Shown here: piece after piece, positions 59,179 through 64,000 of the stretch
Layout: every line of letters starts with the position of its first letter
Position numbering within the stretch: the stretch's first letter is position 1
DNA from: the human T2T-CHM13v2.0 reference genome, Homo sapiens
Reading direction: 5' to 3' (one strand)
NCBI RefSeq assembly: GCF_009914755.1
Contig: NC_060947.1
DNA length: 64,000 nucleotides
The notes under the pieces: model-generated
Databases searched by the model: none
Told to the model about the DNA's origin: nothing
Seen by the model: the letters and a program-made list of their open reading frames with translations, nothing else
Position numbers and translations under genes: made by a program

Positions 59179-59820
59179 CTAACAATCAATATAAAATATG
59201 AAACCATATATCCAGATTCATTTGTGATTCATCTGGATATCACAAAAAGGTTGGTTCTTCCTCTTGATGAAGAACTTCAGGTTTGAGTTGGCCATCTCAG
59301 CAAGAGATAGATACAAAAGCACACAGGCCTGTTTTTATAAATGAACTAGGATTCCAACACACAAAAGTTTACATCATGTTCCTCATTCTCCACCTCAAAT
59401 ATAACTAAGATATTTCGAGGTAGCATCAATTTTTTTTATTTGAAATGTAGGAAATAACAGCCCTATAATAATAATATAGGACCAATTCCCTTGAACTGAC
59501 AACTGCCTACACAATCATGTTGCTGACAGATGTTTTTAAGGAATGCAGCATTGAGAAACTTAACCTCGGAATTTCCTGCTGCTCTGTAGCTTTGTATAAA
59601 GAGTCAGATTCTAACTTCAGTTACACTCATTTTATTTTTACTGAAAATGTAAGGGGGAATAATGAAGAATCAAAAGTAGTGCCAGAGGTTAGCAGGCTGG
59701 AAAGCAAATGCTGAGGGACATGGTTATGGGAGGCACACAAATATGGGGGCCCGGAAAAAGAAATACAAGGCACAGATGGAGTTGTGTTAGTGAATATGCA
59801 ATCGCATTTCAAGATTTCTT

Positions 59821-60133
59821 TCTTTCCTTCCTTCCTTTTTTTTTTTTCTTTTTTTTGACAGAGTTTCACTCTGTCGCCTAGGCTGGAGTGCAGTGGTAGG
59901 ATCTTGGCTCACTGCAACCTCCGCCTCCTGGGTTCAAGCAATTCTCCCGCCTCAGCCTCCTGAGTAGCCGGGACTACAGGCGGCCACACCATGCCCGGCT
60001 AATTTTTGTATTTTCAGTAGAGGCGGGGTTTTGCCATATTGGCCAGGCTGGTCTCGAACTCCTGACCTTGTGATCCGCCTGCTTCAGCCTCCCAAAATGC
60101 TGAGATTACAGGCGTGAGCCACCACGCCTGGCC
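59821..60133 (-). mobile_element. AluS
   Basis: TSD caagatttctt. Confidence 0.94.
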
Positions 60134-60197
60134 CAAGATTTCTTAATATGCACGTTTTCATGTACTTCTTTTAAAATAACTGTTAAACAACAATTTG

Positions 60198-60199
<2 letters not shown>

Positions 60200-60239
<40 letters not shown>
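60200..60239. repeat. (CA)n microsatellite
   Basis: Direct reading. Confidence 0.95.
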
Positions 60240-60241
<2 letters not shown>

Positions 60242-60603
60242 ATATAGCATTGACTCGTCTCACAGAGGAAAAGTAAATGTAAAAACTAAGACATAAGATT
60301 TCCAGTTTCCAGTCTGGCATGTAAGGACCTTTAGAAGCTGCCACTCTGTCTTAATAACAAGTAAAAAGCTGAACAATGTGAAAAATCAACAACTCTTTTT
60401 ATATTTGTTAGAGAAGTGAGGTTACAGGGCAAACAGCTGCCCCCAAAACAAAACTGGAGATACAGACAGGTGAATACAGAGAATCACAATTTACTGGACC
60501 AAAGACCCATGAGCAGAAACTTCCATGGGACCCAGTCCTTGGGTAGGAAAACCTGAGGTGTAATTAACAAATTGCTGGAGGCTCAGTGTGGACAAGTCTG
60601 TGA

Positions 60604-60990
<387 letters not shown>

Positions 60991-61660
60991 TCACCTGCTG
61001 GGGTTTTAGAAGAACCTAACAGACCTGGGGGAAGATAAATGTCCAACTCCAGCCCCCTCAGCCATCCTGTCCCACCAAAGGTGTGTGTGTGTGTGGGTGG
61101 GGGGTGATGGTGGTGGGAGTGGGATAAAACTGAGAAGCACTGGTGAAGTTCACAGTTCAGAGACACAGGTTCACCAAAAGACTGAGACCTAATCATAGAA
61201 CTAGAGAATGCTTTCCCTTCCTCTACACCTTACCACAATATTACTAAAGGGCTACTTATGAGAATTTCTTTCACCTAGTACATCATGTCCAGATTTTAAT
61301 GAAAAATTACAAGGCATACTAAACAGTAGAAAACACAGTTTTAAGAGATACAGCAAACACCAGAACCAGACTCAGATATGGAAGAGATGTTGGAATTATC
61401 AGACTGGGATTTTTTTTTAAAAAACTATGATTAATATGCAATGGTCTTTAAAGAAAAAATTAGACAACATACAAGAACAGATGGATAATAAGAGCATAAA
61501 GAAGAAATTCAAAGAAAGAATAAAATTAAATATTAGAGATCAAAAACACTAATAGAAATGAAGAATGCCTTTGATGGGGAAATTATTAGACTGGACATAA
61601 CTAAGGAAATAATCCCTGAGCTTGAGGATATGACAATAGAAACTTCCAAAACTGAAAACC

Positions 61661-62017
61661 TGTCTTAGTCCGTTTTAACTGCTATAACCAAATACCACAA
61701 ACTGGGTAGCTTATGAACAACAGTAATTTATTTCTCACAATTCTGGAAGCTCAGAGGTCCAAGATCAAGGTGCCAGTATCTTCAGTGTCTAGTGAGGGCC
61801 TATTTCCTAGTTCATAGATGGTAACTTCTACCTGTGTCCTCACATTAGGAAGGGACAAGCGGCTCTTTGGGGTCTCTTTTTATAAGTGTACTAATCCCAT
61901 TCATGAAGGCTCTGCCCTTATGACCTAATCACCCCCAAGGGCCTCACCCCCTAATAGCACATTGCTGATTAAGTTTCAACATGAATTTTGGAGGATACAT
62001 ACATTCAGACCATAGCA
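61661..62017 (-). mobile_element. MST (MaLR) solo LTR
   Basis: tgtcttagtccgtt...ttcagaccatagca; aaaac-like TSD. Confidence 0.85.
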
Positions 62018-62029
62018 AAAACAAAAAGA

Positions 62030-62703
62030 AAAAAACAACAGATGCTGGCGAGGTTGTGGAGAAAAAGGAACGCTTTTACACTGTTGGTGGGAGTGTAAAT
62101 TACTTCAACAACTGTGGAAGACAGTGTGGTGAATCCTCAAAGACCTAGATCCAGCAATCCCATTACTGGGTATATACCCAAAGGAATATAAATCATTGTA
62201 TTATAAAGACACATGCATGAGTATGTTCACTGCAGCACTATTCACAATAGCAAAGACATGGAATCAACCCAAATGCCCCTCAATGATAGACTGGATAAAG
62301 AAAATGTGGTACATATACACCACAGAATACTATGCAGCTATTTAAAGGAATGAGGACATGTCCTTTGCAGGGACATGGATGGAGCTGGAAGTCATTATCC
62401 TTAGCAAACTAACACAGGAACAGAAAACCAAATACTACATGTTCTCACTTATAAGTGGGAGCTGAATGATGAGAACACATGGACACATGGGAGGGAACAA
62501 CACACGCTGGGGCTTGTTGGAGGGTAGGGACTGGGAGGAGGGAGAGCATCAGGAAAAACAGCTAATGCACACTGGGCTTACTACCTAGGTGATGGGGTGA
62601 TCTGTGCAGCAAACCACAATGGCACGCATTTAGCTATGTGACAAACCTGCAGATCCTGCACATATACCCCTGAACTTTAAATAAAAGTTGAAAATAAAAA
62701 AAA
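62030..62703 (+). mobile_element. L1PA 3' end
   Basis: acaacagatgctggcgaggttgtggagaaa...gttctcacttataagtgggagct...A tail. Confidence 0.9.
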
Positions 62704-63204
62704 TACTGAAAAAAGTACATAACAGAATATCCAAGAACTGTAGGACCACTACAAAAGTTGGAAACATGTGTAATGGGAATACCTGGAAGGAGAAGAAAGA
62801 AAGAAACAGAAGCAATATTTGAAGCAATAATGACTGAGAATTTCTCCGAAATTAATGTCAGACACCAAACCATAGATCCAGGAAGTTCAGAGAACACGAG
62901 ACAGGATAAATGCCAAAAACCCCTTCAGCCTACGCATATCATATTCAAACTTAAGAAAATCAAAGAAAAAATCTTGAAAGAAACCACAAGGGAAACAAAC
63001 ACCTTACCTATAGAGGAGCACAAATAAACATTATATCCGACTTCTTTTCAGAAATTGTGCAAATAAAAAGTGGAATAAAATATTTACGGAGTTAAGAGAA
63101 AAAAAATCAACAACCTAGAATTCTGCACCCTGTGAAATCTGGATCTACATAAAGAAAGGAAGAGCATCAAAGAATGAAAAAGTGAATGTAAAATAAAAAC
63201 TTTT

Positions 63205-64000
<796 letters not shown>

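Noticed and set aside
58937-59185. ORF track entries at 58937-59185 and 53162-53356 as standalone small genes
   Set aside because: They are ENOX2 exons extended into intron sequence; the splice sites define the real boundaries.

Overview
Primate (most likely human) genomic DNA, not prokaryotic. The only protein-coding gene I can support is the 3' end of ENOX2 (tNOX/COVA1, Xq26 in human) on the minus strand. It has five coding exons (59178-58997, 56859-56752, 53341-53233, 49804-49719, 47206-47075), all with GT-AG boundaries and matching phases. A 3'UTR follows with several AATAAA signals down to ~45.1-45.3 kb. Positions 1-45 kb are repeat-dense intergenic sequence (old L1M, L2, MIR, Alu, MaLR/ERV LTRs, Tigger/hAT/mariner MITEs). 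Nearly all ORFs in the track are repeat-derived or chance. I found no evidence of a new multi-gene biological system. The best non-routine observations are a ~600 bp inverted templated duplication (1925-2537 vs 4041-4635), two adjacent perfect AT-rich palindromes (31263-31495), a chimeric TSD-less Alu that probably marks an Alu-Alu deletion (63205-63509), a fish-type V-SINE core inside MER6, and an alternative-polyadenylation/Pumilio layout in the ENOX2 3'UTR. Repeat subfamily calls are by eye and old-repeat boundaries are approximate.
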